Origin: a virus
Strand: one strand, 5' to 3'
IMG/VR virus record: IMGVR_UViG_3300027969_000058
Span: 1-64,000 of that record
DNA length: 64,000 bases
Part shown: piece after piece, positions 34,558 to 45,389 of the stretch
Position numbering within the stretch: the stretch's first letter is position 1
Layout of the letters: every line of letters starts with the position of its first letter
Position numbers and translations under genes: made by a program
Notes under the pieces: model-generated
What the model was told of the DNA's origin: nothing
Seen by the model: only the letters and a program-made list of their open reading frames with translations
Databases searched by the model: none

Positions 34558-35199
34558 TTATTGTTTTGTCAAAAGCTGGACAAAGTCTAACAGTAGTTCG
34601 TGATGTTGACCAAGATGATACTTGCCCTGCATCCAGCTATAGCCGTCATACCAAAACTGTTCGCTTTCAGGATGAGCACCTATTAAGCCTATACGGTTCT
34701 GTATAATAGCCATTGGGTCATCATTAGCATACTTGGCAATGGTGTCATAGTAGCCTGCGCCTGTAAAAGCACAACCGTCATACCAGAACATGGTCATTGG
34801 TTTGCCTAACCATTCTATCTTTATGTTCTTAGCATGTGGTCTGCGGGTATCTGTATTTGGTTGTGTAATATACTGTACTGCATCTACACCTTCTAATATA
34901 TCAAAGTAGTGTTTGCCTGCCCAATAGGCGCCCATACATATGCCAAGGTAATAGCCGCCATCAGCTATAAACTGTTTAATGCGTTCGCCACTGTATTTAA
35001 ATGCTCGATCAAAGCTACCAGCGTCGCCAAAGCCGCCAGGAACTGCTACAATGTCTACATCATCAAAAAAACCGTCTTCTAACTCGTTGATACCAAAGAT
35101 TTTAAAATTATAATGGTCCCTAAGAGCTCGGATAATACCATTGCCTGACTGTACTGAACATTTCGGATCATACAAAAACAGGGCAATAGTAGGTTTCAT
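34558..35199 (-). CDS. BPL-N / class I glutamine amidotransferase-like protein
   Basis: PGG, GICMGAY, HPE triad. Confidence 0.75.
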   Translation of the reverse strand: MKPTIALFLYDPKCSVQSGNGIIRALRDHYNFKIFGINELEDGFFDDVDIVAVPGGFGDAGSFDRAFKYSGERIKQFIADGGYYLGICMGAYWAGKHYFDILEGVDAVQYITQPNTDTRRPHAKNIKIEWLGKPMTMFWYDGCAFTGAGYYDTIAKYANDDPMAIIQNRIGLIGAHPESEQFWYDGYSWMQGKYHLGQHHELLLDFVQLLTKQ

Positions 35200-35345
35200 A
35201 CTACTTGGTTAGTAGCTTAAACAATGCAAGTTCTCTTGCATCTTCCTTTGCGCTTAACGCAACTTCTTCTGCGCTTGGTGTCCAGGCTGATACACAAGCT
35301 GATGCAAATACTGCAACGACAAATATAAATGATGTTAATTTCATA

Positions 35346-36047
35346 TTAACTCCTTTTGAATTGTTTGATAGCAGATTTAACTAAACTATCAATGCTATTT
35401 ATTAGTGGGATATTACCCTGCTGAGATTCTCTCACTGCTAACGGTATCTCTGTACAGCCTAACACAACTGCGGTTGCTCCGCGAGTAATTAGACTATCTA
35501 CTACAGACATCAACATTGCGTGTGATTTAATCATGTCACCTGCTTTGACTAAATCTATAGCAGGCTGTACCAATGTATCCATTTCTTCTTTAGTGGGTAC
35601 TATACAATCCCAACCTTGTTTATTAAGTTTGTATTGATACAATCCTAACTCAATAGTTGCCTGTGTGCCCATTAGTCCAACTGTAGAATTTGTTACATTT
35701 ACATCTCTTAATGCATCAGCAACGCTGTCTACAATGTGTATGATAGTAACTCGAGGATTTTGTCTAACTAATTCACTATACCAAAAATGTGCGGTATTAC
35801 ATGGAATAACAATTAAGTTGCAACCTGCAGAAAATAGCCCCTTAATTCCAGCTAATAGATAAGGTAACGGCTTGTCATCTTTATTAAGTAAACTTGTGCT
35901 GCGATCTGGAACAATAGGGTCACTCCATAACACAAAAGGTATGTGGTCTTGGTCACAGGTAGCAGGAGTTTGTTGGATCAATCTAACAACATACTCGGCA
36001 CTGGCAGCAGGACCCATTCCGCCAAGTATGCCTAATCGTTTAGTCAT
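35346..36047 (-). CDS. Aspartate/glutamate racemase family protein
   Basis: GILGGMGP, PCNTAH, GCTEIP. Confidence 0.9.
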   Translation of the reverse strand: MTKRLGILGGMGPAASAEYVVRLIQQTPATCDQDHIPFVLWSDPIVPDRSTSLLNKDDKPLPYLLAGIKGLFSAGCNLIVIPCNTAHFWYSELVRQNPRVTIIHIVDSVADALRDVNVTNSTVGLMGTQATIELGLYQYKLNKQGWDCIVPTKEEMDTLVQPAIDLVKAGDMIKSHAMLMSVVDSLITRGATAVVLGCTEIPLAVRESQQGNIPLINSIDSLVKSAIKQFKRS

Positions 36048-36099
36048 AATACAATCAATATGATTATTAAAATACCAACGGCTATGACTGTAGGGAGTC

Positions 36100-36702
36100 T
36101 CATTTTTTGAATAACAATGATGAAGCAATGATCAGTGCTGTTTGTGCGGCTTCTACATCAGTGGGCTGTTCTTTCCACCCTACACTAATTTGTCCAATGA
36201 ATACACCAGGTTCTGCCGGCACACTAATACGACACATATAGTTAACACCATTGTCTTTGTAGGTAAACCCAATAAGACTCTGTGGTTTTGTATACGGACT
36301 ACAGGGAATTTTACCAGACATTAGGCCAATGACATCATTGTTGTTATCGTAGTTTTTACTAAACAACCCAACATCTAAGCCATTGTGGTCTTTTATCTTC
36401 CCACCATTGCGTGTGGCCAAGAACGCAATTTTTCTTGTATTTGATAGAGTGTTAACTTCCATGATAGACACAAGTTCTATGTCTGTATGTTTTATTAGAA
36501 AGTTGTATGCTTCTTCATATTTGCCATTCATCTTTGGCATGGCTTGTTGAGCACGGTAGCTGGCCATAAAGGCATCTTTTTCGCTGTAGGCTACCCATCC
36601 TAAAAAAGTGAATAGGCAAAGGAATACAACAGTGAATAGGCGAAATGGACTTTCGCCTATATAAGTCAGTAACCCAAAGAAAAAATCTTTAAGTTTGTCC
36701 AT
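36100..36702 (-). CDS. Single-TM membrane protein (possibly holin-like)
   Basis: N-terminal TM plus soluble domain. Confidence 0.35.
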   Translation of the reverse strand: MDKLKDFFFGLLTYIGESPFRLFTVVFLCLFTFLGWVAYSEKDAFMASYRAQQAMPKMNGKYEEAYNFLIKHTDIELVSIMEVNTLSNTRKIAFLATRNGGKIKDHNGLDVGLFSKNYDNNNDVIGLMSGKIPCSPYTKPQSLIGFTYKDNGVNYMCRISVPAEPGVFIGQISVGWKEQPTDVEAAQTALIIASSLLFKK

Positions 36703-37963
36703 CCGCAGTTACCTCTTTATCGCAGACAAATGCTGTAACTGCTACGTTGCCGTGTACGTGACTTGCTGTGCGAATCATATCCATCAATGGGTCAACTGCA
36801 ATTAACAATACCAATACTGCTTCGCTTGGTAATTTTAACAAATCACAGACAACTGCCACTGTGGCAACTGTGAGAATACCTGTTGTACCTGCTGATGCTA
36901 AACCTGCTAAGATACTGCCAAACAACACCACCAACAATCCAGTAACTCCCATAGGTGCACCGTAGATGTTGGCAATAAACACTGTGGCAATTGCGTAATA
37001 AACAATACTGCCAATGCGGTTAACTGTGAAACTTAGTGGCACAGTTAATTCTACACCAGTTCTTTCAAACTTTAACTTGTGTAGTGCTTCTTGTGCGTAT
37101 GGGATACAGGCTAAACTACTGCGTGAACTAATAGCAACAATCAGCGTTTCCTTAGTTTCTTTAATAACAGTCATTAGGCTCAGGCCCGAACGTTGCCAAA
37201 TAACAATAGTACCAGCAATGATAACCAGTAATCCACCAATGGCCTGTTGCATGATAAACTCAACCATGGTCAAGAAAATACCAACACCCACTTTACCAAC
37301 TTGGCTACTGATCATTGCTAACAGTGCAAACGGTAGAAAATAGTTTAAGAACTTAAAAATACTGATACTGGCCTGTTGAACGCTTTTCAACATGTCCACT
37401 AATATTTCCTGTCCTGTACTTTTAATGTTGCCTAAAGCAATACCAAAGATTAAACAGAAGATAACAATCTTCAAACTTTCACCAGCGGCTAATGTATTAA
37501 AGATATTTTCTGGAATAAACTTCTGTGCCATTTGCATTGGGTCAACGTGCGGTGTAACGGGCATCGGTTCTTTTAATGTAATGTTAAGATCACTTCCAGA
37601 TTCTTTGTCGTTAACAATTGAACCAAGCTGTGCTTGTTTTGCAGGAGTCATTTCGCTACCAGTCAACGCAACAGTACCAACACCAATAACTGCGGCGAGG
37701 AACATACTGCCAACAAAGCCAATGATAATTTTGCGTATCATTGCGGCACTGCCTTCTTTTTGTAGTAGACTAATAACACCAACTAAAATAGTTGCAAGTA
37801 AGAAAGGTATTACCACAACTTTAAGCAAGCTGATGTAAATTCCCCCAACACTTTCAAAGTTCATACTTTGTGCAGGTGCATACACTCCTGCCAATACTCC
37901 AAGTATGATTGACCCTAAAATAGTCCACGGACTTGATAAGAAGTTTTTTAAATTAAATTTCAT
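36689..37963 (-). CDS. Dicarboxylate/amino acid:cation symporter (DAACS)
   Basis: SSRSSLA, DMIRT, multiple TMs. Confidence 0.88.
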   Translation of the reverse strand: MKFNLKNFLSSPWTILGSIILGVLAGVYAPAQSMNFESVGGIYISLLKVVVIPFLLATILVGVISLLQKEGSAAMIRKIIIGFVGSMFLAAVIGVGTVALTGSEMTPAKQAQLGSIVNDKESGSDLNITLKEPMPVTPHVDPMQMAQKFIPENIFNTLAAGESLKIVIFCLIFGIALGNIKSTGQEILVDMLKSVQQASISIFKFLNYFLPFALLAMISSQVGKVGVGIFLTMVEFIMQQAIGGLLVIIAGTIVIWQRSGLSLMTVIKETKETLIVAISSRSSLACIPYAQEALHKLKFERTGVELTVPLSFTVNRIGSIVYYAIATVFIANIYGAPMGVTGLLVVLFGSILAGLASAGTTGILTVATVAVVCDLLKLPSEAVLVLLIAVDPLMDMIRTASHVHGNVAVTAFVCDKEVTADGQT

Positions 37964-37975
37964 TTTGTTTCCTAA

Positions 37976-38827
37976 TTATTTCGTTACAGGAGCCGGAGTC
38001 TTTTTCTCAGCTTTGTATCGATCCATTAACTTCTTTGTGTCAATGTTACTGTATTCAGTTCTAATAACATAGTTAACTATGCTGAGTAGTTGTACTGAAT
38101 TAACATTTGCAGCCACAGCAATGTTATCAATGGAGTCGGAGATAGTCACTGTTTTGGTAGTGATTGCTGCCTCGGGCTTTTCAAATGAAATTTTCTTAAT
38201 TTCAAACTCATCTCTATAGCCAGCGGCAATTGCGCCGTTGGTTACATTATTGATAATTGTATCCCAACTATCTTCGGGAGTATATACAGCTTTGGGGAAA
38301 TTTGCACGGGCAAATGTATCATAACTTGAATTACGGACAAAAGATATCTTTCCGTTAAATGTTCTAATCACTTCATACACTTCTCGACCTTGTGAATTTT
38401 GACTCAACCAAAGACGATTAATAATCATTGCTTGTTTAAGTTTGATATAGGGATCGCTAAATCTAACAACTTGTAAACGTGGACCAGTTACAGATAATTT
38501 GCTCACAGCAAGATCTGCACGGCCGTCACGAACCTGTTCTACAACTTCGGCGAAACTCTCTGCGTCTCGTCTAAACTGTACAGGGACTCCGATAATTACA
38601 CCAATTCGGCGTGCAATTTCAACGTCAAGTCCTCGAATGTCGTCACCTTCACCACTGAAGAATGGAGGAACGTCTTTTTTAGTCATAGCAATGATTAAGA
38701 CGTTTTTCTTCTTAATTGCTGCAATGTCTGTGGGTAGTGGTACGGTTGAACCAGCCAGTTGGGCAACAGCGTGTGCTGAAGTAAGGCCGGTAACCAGTAC
38801 AAAGAGTAATGTGAGTAGTTTTTTCAT
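37976..38827 (-). CDS. Amino-acid substrate-binding protein (family 3)
   Basis: signal peptide; PPF, GLDVEIA, FSDPY. Confidence 0.85.
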   Translation of the reverse strand: MKKLLTLLFVLVTGLTSAHAVAQLAGSTVPLPTDIAAIKKKNVLIIAMTKKDVPPFFSGEGDDIRGLDVEIARRIGVIIGVPVQFRRDAESFAEVVEQVRDGRADLAVSKLSVTGPRLQVVRFSDPYIKLKQAMIINRLWLSQNSQGREVYEVIRTFNGKISFVRNSSYDTFARANFPKAVYTPEDSWDTIINNVTNGAIAAGYRDEFEIKKISFEKPEAAITTKTVTISDSIDNIAVAANVNSVQLLSIVNYVIRTEYSNIDTKKLMDRYKAEKKTPAPVTK

Positions 38828-38888
38828 AGTAAGTTATTTATACTATAAAATCAAAGACTTATTTACAAATAGATTACGTGTAGCTGAA

Positions 38889-39488
38889 TTACTTGTTTGC
38901 TAATGGGTTATCTATAGCCTGTTTGATTTTCATATCAACTTCTGCTCTTAATGCTCTAATTTCAGATTGTTGTTCTTTTTGGTTCTTAACAAGTTCGCGA
39001 TTAATGTCTTTTAGTGTGGCATCAACATCACGCTTAATTTCCTTCACAGTTCCATCAACATCACGCTTGATTTCCTTCATGCCTGAATCAGTTAAACGTT
39101 GATCTGTCTTGCTTGAACGCTCAACATTTTCAACCACGCCCTCTAATCTACGAACATCGCCCTTTAAATCTATCTTGATGGTATCAGTATATTCAACCAT
39201 TTTGCTGGTGTTGGCATCCAACACTTCCATCTTTTTATAGATTTCAGTCAAGTCGGGTGTGACATATTTGGCAATTTTATCCTTCATGCCCATGTAGTCT
39301 TTGTACACTTCAAATACTCCATACAATCCACCCAGTAGTGAACTTACTAAGGTAGCTGCCACCATTAGTTTAGCTGGTGTGAATTCATACCCACCAATGC
39401 TGATGACTGTGTCTTTACTGGCATATTTCTTTACAGCCGCTTCAGCTTCGTCAATCTTTGTATTGACGTCTTTAATTTCTTCTGTCAT
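38889..39488 (-). CDS. TM coiled-coil protein
   Basis: TM plus EIKRDVD repeats. Confidence 0.6.
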   Translation of the reverse strand: MTEEIKDVNTKIDEAEAAVKKYASKDTVISIGGYEFTPAKLMVAATLVSSLLGGLYGVFEVYKDYMGMKDKIAKYVTPDLTEIYKKMEVLDANTSKMVEYTDTIKIDLKGDVRRLEGVVENVERSSKTDQRLTDSGMKEIKRDVDGTVKEIKRDVDATLKDINRELVKNQKEQQSEIRALRAEVDMKIKQAIDNPLANK

Positions 39489-39653
39489 TTTTTGCTCCTA
39501 AATTTTGCTCTGCTAACATCTTGACCCATGCTTTTTTAGCTTCAAGCGTATCTTTAGCATTTTGTACTCGTATACTGCCTCTCGATATAATGCTTGATGA
39601 TGACAATCCTAATCCAATTCCTACAATTAAAAAAGCAATATAATATTCCATCG

Positions 39654-41612
39654 TTATTCTCCCATCTTGTATTGGCTGTCAACCATTCGCTTGTGTAAAC
39701 TATCACTGCTCAGTTGACGCAATACTTGTACATTGTCTACAACTCGCTGTGCTTTATAAATCTCTTTAGGTTCATAAAAAGCAGTGTCTCTTAACACAAT
39801 TGAATATGCACTAAATCCCACAGGAGTTGTTGCCATAGTGGCAATATCAACTCCACTGGCTAATTCATTTGACTGTACATTTCTATTCACAGTGCTGTTT
39901 TGTTGTGTATTTTCTTGCATCATTTCAAAACGCGGTTGTATCATCATATCTGATAGAGGATTACCAGCACGACCCGAGCCACCGACGCTGGCTACTTGTG
40001 TTGGCGGTGCTTCTACATCCACTGGTCTTGCTTCTGATCGAGGTTGATACACTGGTGCGGACTGTGTAGTTGGCGGTGCTATATTAGATACAGTAAATGA
40101 ACTTAGTGGGTTGTAGGCAAATGGATTAACATTAAGGGTCAATCCTGTACCGCTGGCTGTTTGCTGAGTTGTTTGAGTTGTTCTACTTACCTGTGTCTGT
40201 ACTGACGAAGCCTGTTGTGTAGTAAGTTGAGATTGTGTTGATTGCGTCATTGTCTGCTGACTGGTCTGTGTTGTTTGACTGGAAAACTGTGCGGCTGCTG
40301 TGGCACTGTTGGCACTCATATCTTGATTTATGCTAACTGCGGCATTACTGGCGGCGTTTGAACTTTGCACAGCACCTTCAAATGCTTTGGCTGCATTTTG
40401 CACAGCCGTTGCTTGTACTGCTTTGTCTTTTTCCTGTGCGGCACGAGCTACACTCAATGCTGCCCCCGGTGTCATCTTAGGACCATCATTTGATCTACCA
40501 GGTCCTGCTTGTTGTGGACCAGCTTGGCTTGGCCCCGAACTTGGCGGTGGTGCAGACTGTGCTTGTTGTGGAGGACCGCCTGCAGGTTGTGGACCAGCGG
40601 CTGGACCTTGTTGCGGACCTTGCGGGCCAGGCTGTGATGGACTATCTTGTGGCCCGCCGGAATTTTGATTTGGCTCTTGCCCTTGCGGGCCTGCTGCCGG
40701 ACCTTGTGGTCCTTGTGGTCCTACTTGTCCCATTGGGCCTTGCGGTCCTTGCGGCCCAGGTGCAGGGTTAGTAAAGTCAGTGCCTGTTAGTGCTGGGCCT
40801 GCTGCCGGTCCAGGAGACACTAATGCATAGTTAGTCACAGGCACAAACGATGTTGCAGATGCATTTGATACTGTGGATCCTAATATTGAATTTTTAACAG
40901 TGGCTAATGCATATCCTGGACAAGTGGGACTTGACAGTGGGTCAGCAATACACGGATCAGGCTTAACTGAATATTTTAAACTGAAGTTTACATTCATAAC
41001 TTCTGGGCCGTACGGTCCTACCCAATAATTGTTATCTCTACCAACAAATCCATATTGTACATTACCCATAGTTGATGCAGTATAAGGCGTGGCAAATGTT
41101 TCGCTAAAATTAAAAGTAGTCCAATTATACCTTCTATTAGTCTGACTTGTATAATCATAGGCAGCAACTTGATTGCCGCTACTGCCATATAATTTTACAT
41201 AGGCAGACAAATAATCCTGAGCACCATTATCCCAACCGTTGCCGTTTTTAGCAGTGAATCCAAAGTTGAATCCGCTAAGTTGCACTCCACTGCCGCCAAT
41301 AGACAATGCCTTGTTTATGTTGACCACTTGATTTAAGTCTACTGTGCCGTATGAAAAATTAATAACATTAGATCCAGCACCCCACGCACTTACTCGAGGA
41401 TTAGGGCCGCAATATCCAGGGTCTCCATATGACCAACATGTCAACTGTTGTCCCACACTGCCTGCATTATTCCAGACTGATGTTGTATCCGTGGGACTAC
41501 CGGTAAAATTTGTTAGATTACCAGTAACAGAGTCAGTTGTTTGACTATTAGAATAACTTGAACACAAGAGCCCCAAGCAGAGCACCAATGCCAACTTTCT
41601 TATAAGTGTCAT
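39654..41612 (-). CDS. Secreted protein with Gly-Pro-Gln-rich linker
   Basis: signal peptide, beta-rich N domain, GPQ repeats. Confidence 0.65.
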   Translation of the reverse strand: MTLIRKLALVLCLGLLCSSYSNSQTTDSVTGNLTNFTGSPTDTTSVWNNAGSVGQQLTCWSYGDPGYCGPNPRVSAWGAGSNVINFSYGTVDLNQVVNINKALSIGGSGVQLSGFNFGFTAKNGNGWDNGAQDYLSAYVKLYGSSGNQVAAYDYTSQTNRRYNWTTFNFSETFATPYTASTMGNVQYGFVGRDNNYWVGPYGPEVMNVNFSLKYSVKPDPCIADPLSSPTCPGYALATVKNSILGSTVSNASATSFVPVTNYALVSPGPAAGPALTGTDFTNPAPGPQGPQGPMGQVGPQGPQGPAAGPQGQEPNQNSGGPQDSPSQPGPQGPQQGPAAGPQPAGGPPQQAQSAPPPSSGPSQAGPQQAGPGRSNDGPKMTPGAALSVARAAQEKDKAVQATAVQNAAKAFEGAVQSSNAASNAAVSINQDMSANSATAAAQFSSQTTQTSQQTMTQSTQSQLTTQQASSVQTQVSRTTQTTQQTASGTGLTLNVNPFAYNPLSSFTVSNIAPPTTQSAPVYQPRSEARPVDVEAPPTQVASVGGSGRAGNPLSDMMIQPRFEMMQENTQQNSTVNRNVQSNELASGVDIATMATTPVGFSAYSIVLRDTAFYEPKEIYKAQRVVDNVQVLRQLSSDSLHKRMVDSQYKMGE

Positions 41613-42714
41613 CTATTTTTGCCTCATCTATTTTTGGTATTTTATCCAAGTTAGCTTCCCACTCAGCTTTGGCTTGTAAACCAATCTTACCTTCGTATGG
41701 GCAAGGAGTGCCAGCAGCCAACATAGCGTCAAAAACACGACGATCTTGACACATAGTAGCAACTGCGGCTACCTTCATACCCATATCATACAATGTTTTA
41801 CTTAACTTTAGTCGTTCACAATTCATATCGCGAACTGTTCCGCCGCCACTTACACCAAATATTTGTGTTTGTATACTTCCGCTTGTTCCTGTTGAGCATA
41901 AGTCGGCATTGCCGCCGCTCATCATTGCTGGGGCAACTGACGTAGGAGGAGGTTGGATTACTCGTTGTGTTATTTCAGTTTTGTTAATGTTAGTGTTGGT
42001 CATTTCACCACTGTTAATATTTTGATTAACGTTGGCATTTTGATTAACATTAGTACTGGTGTTAGTGTTATTATTGTTATTAGTCATTGTACCACTATTG
42101 GTATTTTGATTAATGTTAGTCATTGTACCACTATTAATGTTAGTGTTAGTGTTAGTGTTATTTGAGGTAGAAGTACTGTTATTAATATTACGGTTAGTCA
42201 TGTCGCCGGTATTAACATTATTGTTAGTATTTGTACTGGTACTGACATTATTGTTGTTATAGGTCATTGTACCACTGTTAATGTTATTGTTAGTATTAAC
42301 ATTATTAGATGTACTGGTACTGGTACTAATATTACGGTTAGTCATATCACCTGTGTTAACGTTGTTGTTGTTAAATGTTTGCGTACCGCTGTTAATGTTG
42401 TTGTTGTTATTGTTATTTGTATAGGTAACTGAACCACTCATAACATTGTTGTTATTATTGTTGTTGGTTACTGTGCCACTATTAACGTTGTTGTTGTTAT
42501 TAGTGTTGGTTGTGCCACCGCTTAATGCAGTGTTATTGTTAGTAGTGACTGTGCCACTATTAACGTTGTTAGTGTTGATCGTACTGGTACTGGTAGTAGT
42601 ACTATTAGTGTCAACCAGAGACTTTGAGTCGTAGGTACCCTGATTGATTAGTGTTTGTGCTTGTGCCGAAAGTGCAAGAAAGGCTATTATGCCCATTATT
42701 ACTTTTCTTTTCAT
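41548..42714 (-). CDS. Secreted Asn/Thr-rich repeat protein with Cys-rich C domain
   Basis: NNNN(V/I)NSG repeats; C...CERLK...C...CP. Confidence 0.65.
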   Translation of the reverse strand: MKRKVIMGIIAFLALSAQAQTLINQGTYDSKSLVDTNSTTTSTSTINTNNVNSGTVTTNNNTALSGGTTNTNNNNNVNSGTVTNNNNNNNVMSGSVTYTNNNNNNNINSGTQTFNNNNVNTGDMTNRNISTSTSTSNNVNTNNNINSGTMTYNNNNVSTSTNTNNNVNTGDMTNRNINNSTSTSNNTNTNTNINSGTMTNINQNTNSGTMTNNNNNTNTSTNVNQNANVNQNINSGEMTNTNINKTEITQRVIQPPPTSVAPAMMSGGNADLCSTGTSGSIQTQIFGVSGGGTVRDMNCERLKLSKTLYDMGMKVAAVATMCQDRRVFDAMLAAGTPCPYEGKIGLQAKAEWEANLDKIPKIDEAKIDDTYKKVGIGALLGALVFKLF

Positions 42715-43024
42715 GTTTTTCGCTCCATGTGAGAAATTTGTTCACCTATATATTTACGTATAGATTTGCGGAAATTAAACTCCGATGTTATTTTTTTGTT
42801 AGGTGTAAATTTTTTAACACCTAACGATCATTCGTAGGCTTAGGCGCTCGAACTCGGTCCTTAGATTCTTTCAGTATCTTTTCCGCTAATGGACTGGAGT
42901 GATGCGGGTGCTGCTTTGGGGGTGTTTTAGGTCTTGGCTTATGTTTGAACCAGCTCATAAGAAATCTCCCTGTTGTTGCAAATTATTTACAACTCGAGGG
43001 AGATGATTTATCTACAGCTATTAT

Positions 43025-44698
43025 TTAAGCAATGCCTACTTGCGGGCCAGCTTTACCTTGACTATCGTCAAAATCAATACCACCTGAAATAACTACACTG
43101 CTGTCACCAGATGTAAGCATGTCACCTGAGTTAATAACTGTGTAGTTGCCGTTAGTTGGGTTAAGAACTAAGATAATGCCAACATTGTCAGTTTGGCTGT
43201 AAATTTGATACCATGCGGCTGTTAGAATTGTTTTAAACTTTTCGTAGTCAATAGTACCATCTTCATTTGGAATACTTGCAATCATTTCTTCGTCAAAGAA
43301 TGGTCTTCCTTTTTCTGAAACAACTGCTCCTACCGCAGTGATTAAAAATTCTGCCACAGCACCTTGTGGATTTACGCCGCGCTTGCCTTGTAGACCTGGC
43401 GGTACTTGTGCATTAAAACTATCAAACCATTTAGGGCTTGTCATGCTTGTATGCTTAACAGAGCCAGTTTCTTTTGTCTTGCCTGTACCTACTTTAGTTT
43501 TCACACCTTTAACAGTTTTGTACTTAAATTCTTCGCTAAAGTTTTTACCAATGCTATTGGGATCAACACCTGCTGTGTCGCATAGTTTTTTTAGTGCAGG
43601 TATAAATGTTTTCTTACCAGCAGAACCTGCAAGGACTCCGCTACCGCCTAATCGACCACCACTGTTAGCGTTACGGCTGGCCTTAACTTCAACATCAACT
43701 GAATTACCGGTTGCATCAACACTGCTTAGATCGCCTTTGCCTTTAGATTTTGAAACTGGTTTGCAAAGAATGGATAATCCAAGTTCACCTGGACCCCAGG
43801 CGCCACCGCCTTGGCCTGCGTCTAACGCTAATAGCTTATCAAATATTTTTTCGTATATGTATGCTAAGTCGGGATCAGTAATTAGTAATGCAATATTTCC
43901 TTCTTTAAGATTAAGCAAATCATTAAACTCAACAATACCAGTCTCACATTGTTTCATAAAGTTTAAAATTTTAGGACTTTCTTTTTTAAAATTTCTTAAG
44001 TTAGGAGGTTGGTCTTTAAATCCCAAATCTTGGAAAATGTTTTCTAATGGGTATAGCAACTTTTGATAAAGTGCAGTTTGTGTAGGTTTTGGACGAGTAT
44101 TGTTCTCATCACGCTCACCTACACGTTTTGATTCATTAGAATACCAAACACGTAATTGATCTAATATACCCACTGCTTTACCTGCTAACAAGTCAGCAGA
44201 TTCTTTAACTTGTTTAAAGAATTGATCTACAGTTACTAATGCTTCTGTACCGCCAGCAGTAAATGATTTCTTAACAGCACTAACATGTCCTTTGTGAATC
44301 ATTCTCATAGAGTCTCGTAATGCTGGATCAGTACGCAAATTTGATAACATTTTTGCAGCAGCTTTGGGATCGCTCATCAATGCAACAAATGATTCGTACC
44401 ACGGTTCGTCGCCTGCTTCGACTGCTTCTGCTATTGGTTCTTCTTTAGCTGGCGCAGGTACTTGAGCTACAGGAGCTGGGGTTGTAACTTGCGGTTGAGC
44501 TGCTGGTGCAGCCGGCTCTTCTATCGATTGCTTAGTAGTTGAAACAAGATTCTTAATAACACCCATAGCAACACTATAAAGCGGATCGTTAGGATCAACA
44601 ATTTCAATAATGTTGCTTAGAATCTGAAGATCGTTTTCACCTTTGCCCGTAGGCGGTGCAAACTCTAATAGGATTGATTTAAATTCACTGTATCTCAT
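43025..44698 (-). CDS. Hypothetical protein with PD-(D/E)xK-like motif
   Basis: GPGE...KGDL...VEVKAS; TAAATA upstream. Confidence 0.45.
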   Translation of the reverse strand: MRYSEFKSILLEFAPPTGKGENDLQILSNIIEIVDPNDPLYSVAMGVIKNLVSTTKQSIEEPAAPAAQPQVTTPAPVAQVPAPAKEEPIAEAVEAGDEPWYESFVALMSDPKAAAKMLSNLRTDPALRDSMRMIHKGHVSAVKKSFTAGGTEALVTVDQFFKQVKESADLLAGKAVGILDQLRVWYSNESKRVGERDENNTRPKPTQTALYQKLLYPLENIFQDLGFKDQPPNLRNFKKESPKILNFMKQCETGIVEFNDLLNLKEGNIALLITDPDLAYIYEKIFDKLLALDAGQGGGAWGPGELGLSILCKPVSKSKGKGDLSSVDATGNSVDVEVKASRNANSGGRLGGSGVLAGSAGKKTFIPALKKLCDTAGVDPNSIGKNFSEEFKYKTVKGVKTKVGTGKTKETGSVKHTSMTSPKWFDSFNAQVPPGLQGKRGVNPQGAVAEFLITAVGAVVSEKGRPFFDEEMIASIPNEDGTIDYEKFKTILTAAWYQIYSQTDNVGIILVLNPTNGNYTVINSGDMLTSGDSSVVISGGIDFDDSQGKAGPQVGIA

Positions 44699-44708
44699 AG
44701 TGTAATAT

Positions 44709-45389
44709 TTAGCGTATTTCCGGGAAGAGACATTCCTGTACGAACACTGTTACATCTTCTTCGCTAAGGCCTAAGCTAACCATAACTTTAGGTGTGTGCG
44801 GATTTTGCTTTTGATTTTGTGCATAGTAGTTCTGTGCTGCCGATGTATCTACAGCAGTGTTATTAGTTTCGCCTACACATTCTGTATAGTGATTTACTAA
44901 AATACTTGCTAAAGATGCTATCTGCTTTAGTTCGCTTTCATCACTAACGTTTCCGGCTGCTACCATATTTTTACTAAAAATACGCTGAGCCCATTCTGGT
45001 AATGCACGTTGTTTGTTCCATTCGTAACGACTGACTTCATCGCCGAAGTATTCAATCATAGGATGTGCTGTGTCGCCTGCTGGGCTGTAGTCAATAAAAC
45101 AACCGGTAATCTTGTTTTTACCTGCGATTACGTCAAAGCCGAATATCGGAGCAGGATTATGCGTATGTGGGAAAATACAACAATGCATCATCCAAAGACC
45201 TTTAGTGTCACGAGCGTCTACAATATCGATGTGTGCTCGTCTATACAATTCGCCTGAATACACGCGGTTAACCCAACCGGGTTGGTTAAATCGATCCATT
45301 CCGGGCTCATTAACTAATGTGCCCGTTTTCTCAAAAGTCTGTTCGAATTTTTCAGCAATATCTTGCAGTGTTTCCCAAACGTTACTCAT
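44709..45389 (-). CDS. pcyX: Ferredoxin-dependent bilin reductase (PcyX/PcyA-like)
   Basis: HCCIFP, PIFGFD, LPEWA-IFS, YAQNQKQNPHT; adjacent to heme oxygenase. Confidence 0.8.
   Translation of the reverse strand: MSNVWETLQDIAEKFEQTFEKTGTLVNEPGMDRFNQPGWVNRVYSGELYRRAHIDIVDARDTKGLWMMHCCIFPHTHNPAPIFGFDVIAGKNKITGCFIDYSPAGDTAHPMIEYFGDEVSRYEWNKQRALPEWAQRIFSKNMVAAGNVSDESELKQIASLASILVNHYTECVGETNNTAVDTSAAQNYYAQNQKQNPHTPKVMVSLGLSEEDVTVFVQECLFPEIR

Noticed and set aside
41990-42610. AAC/AAT-rich repeats as a non-coding repeat or DGR template
   Set aside because: In-frame Asn/Thr protein repeats; no reverse transcriptase or TR/VR pair seen.
43338-44066. 242-aa plus-strand ORF and other long antisense ORFs
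   Set aside because: Antisense to well-supported genes, with no recognisable motifs.
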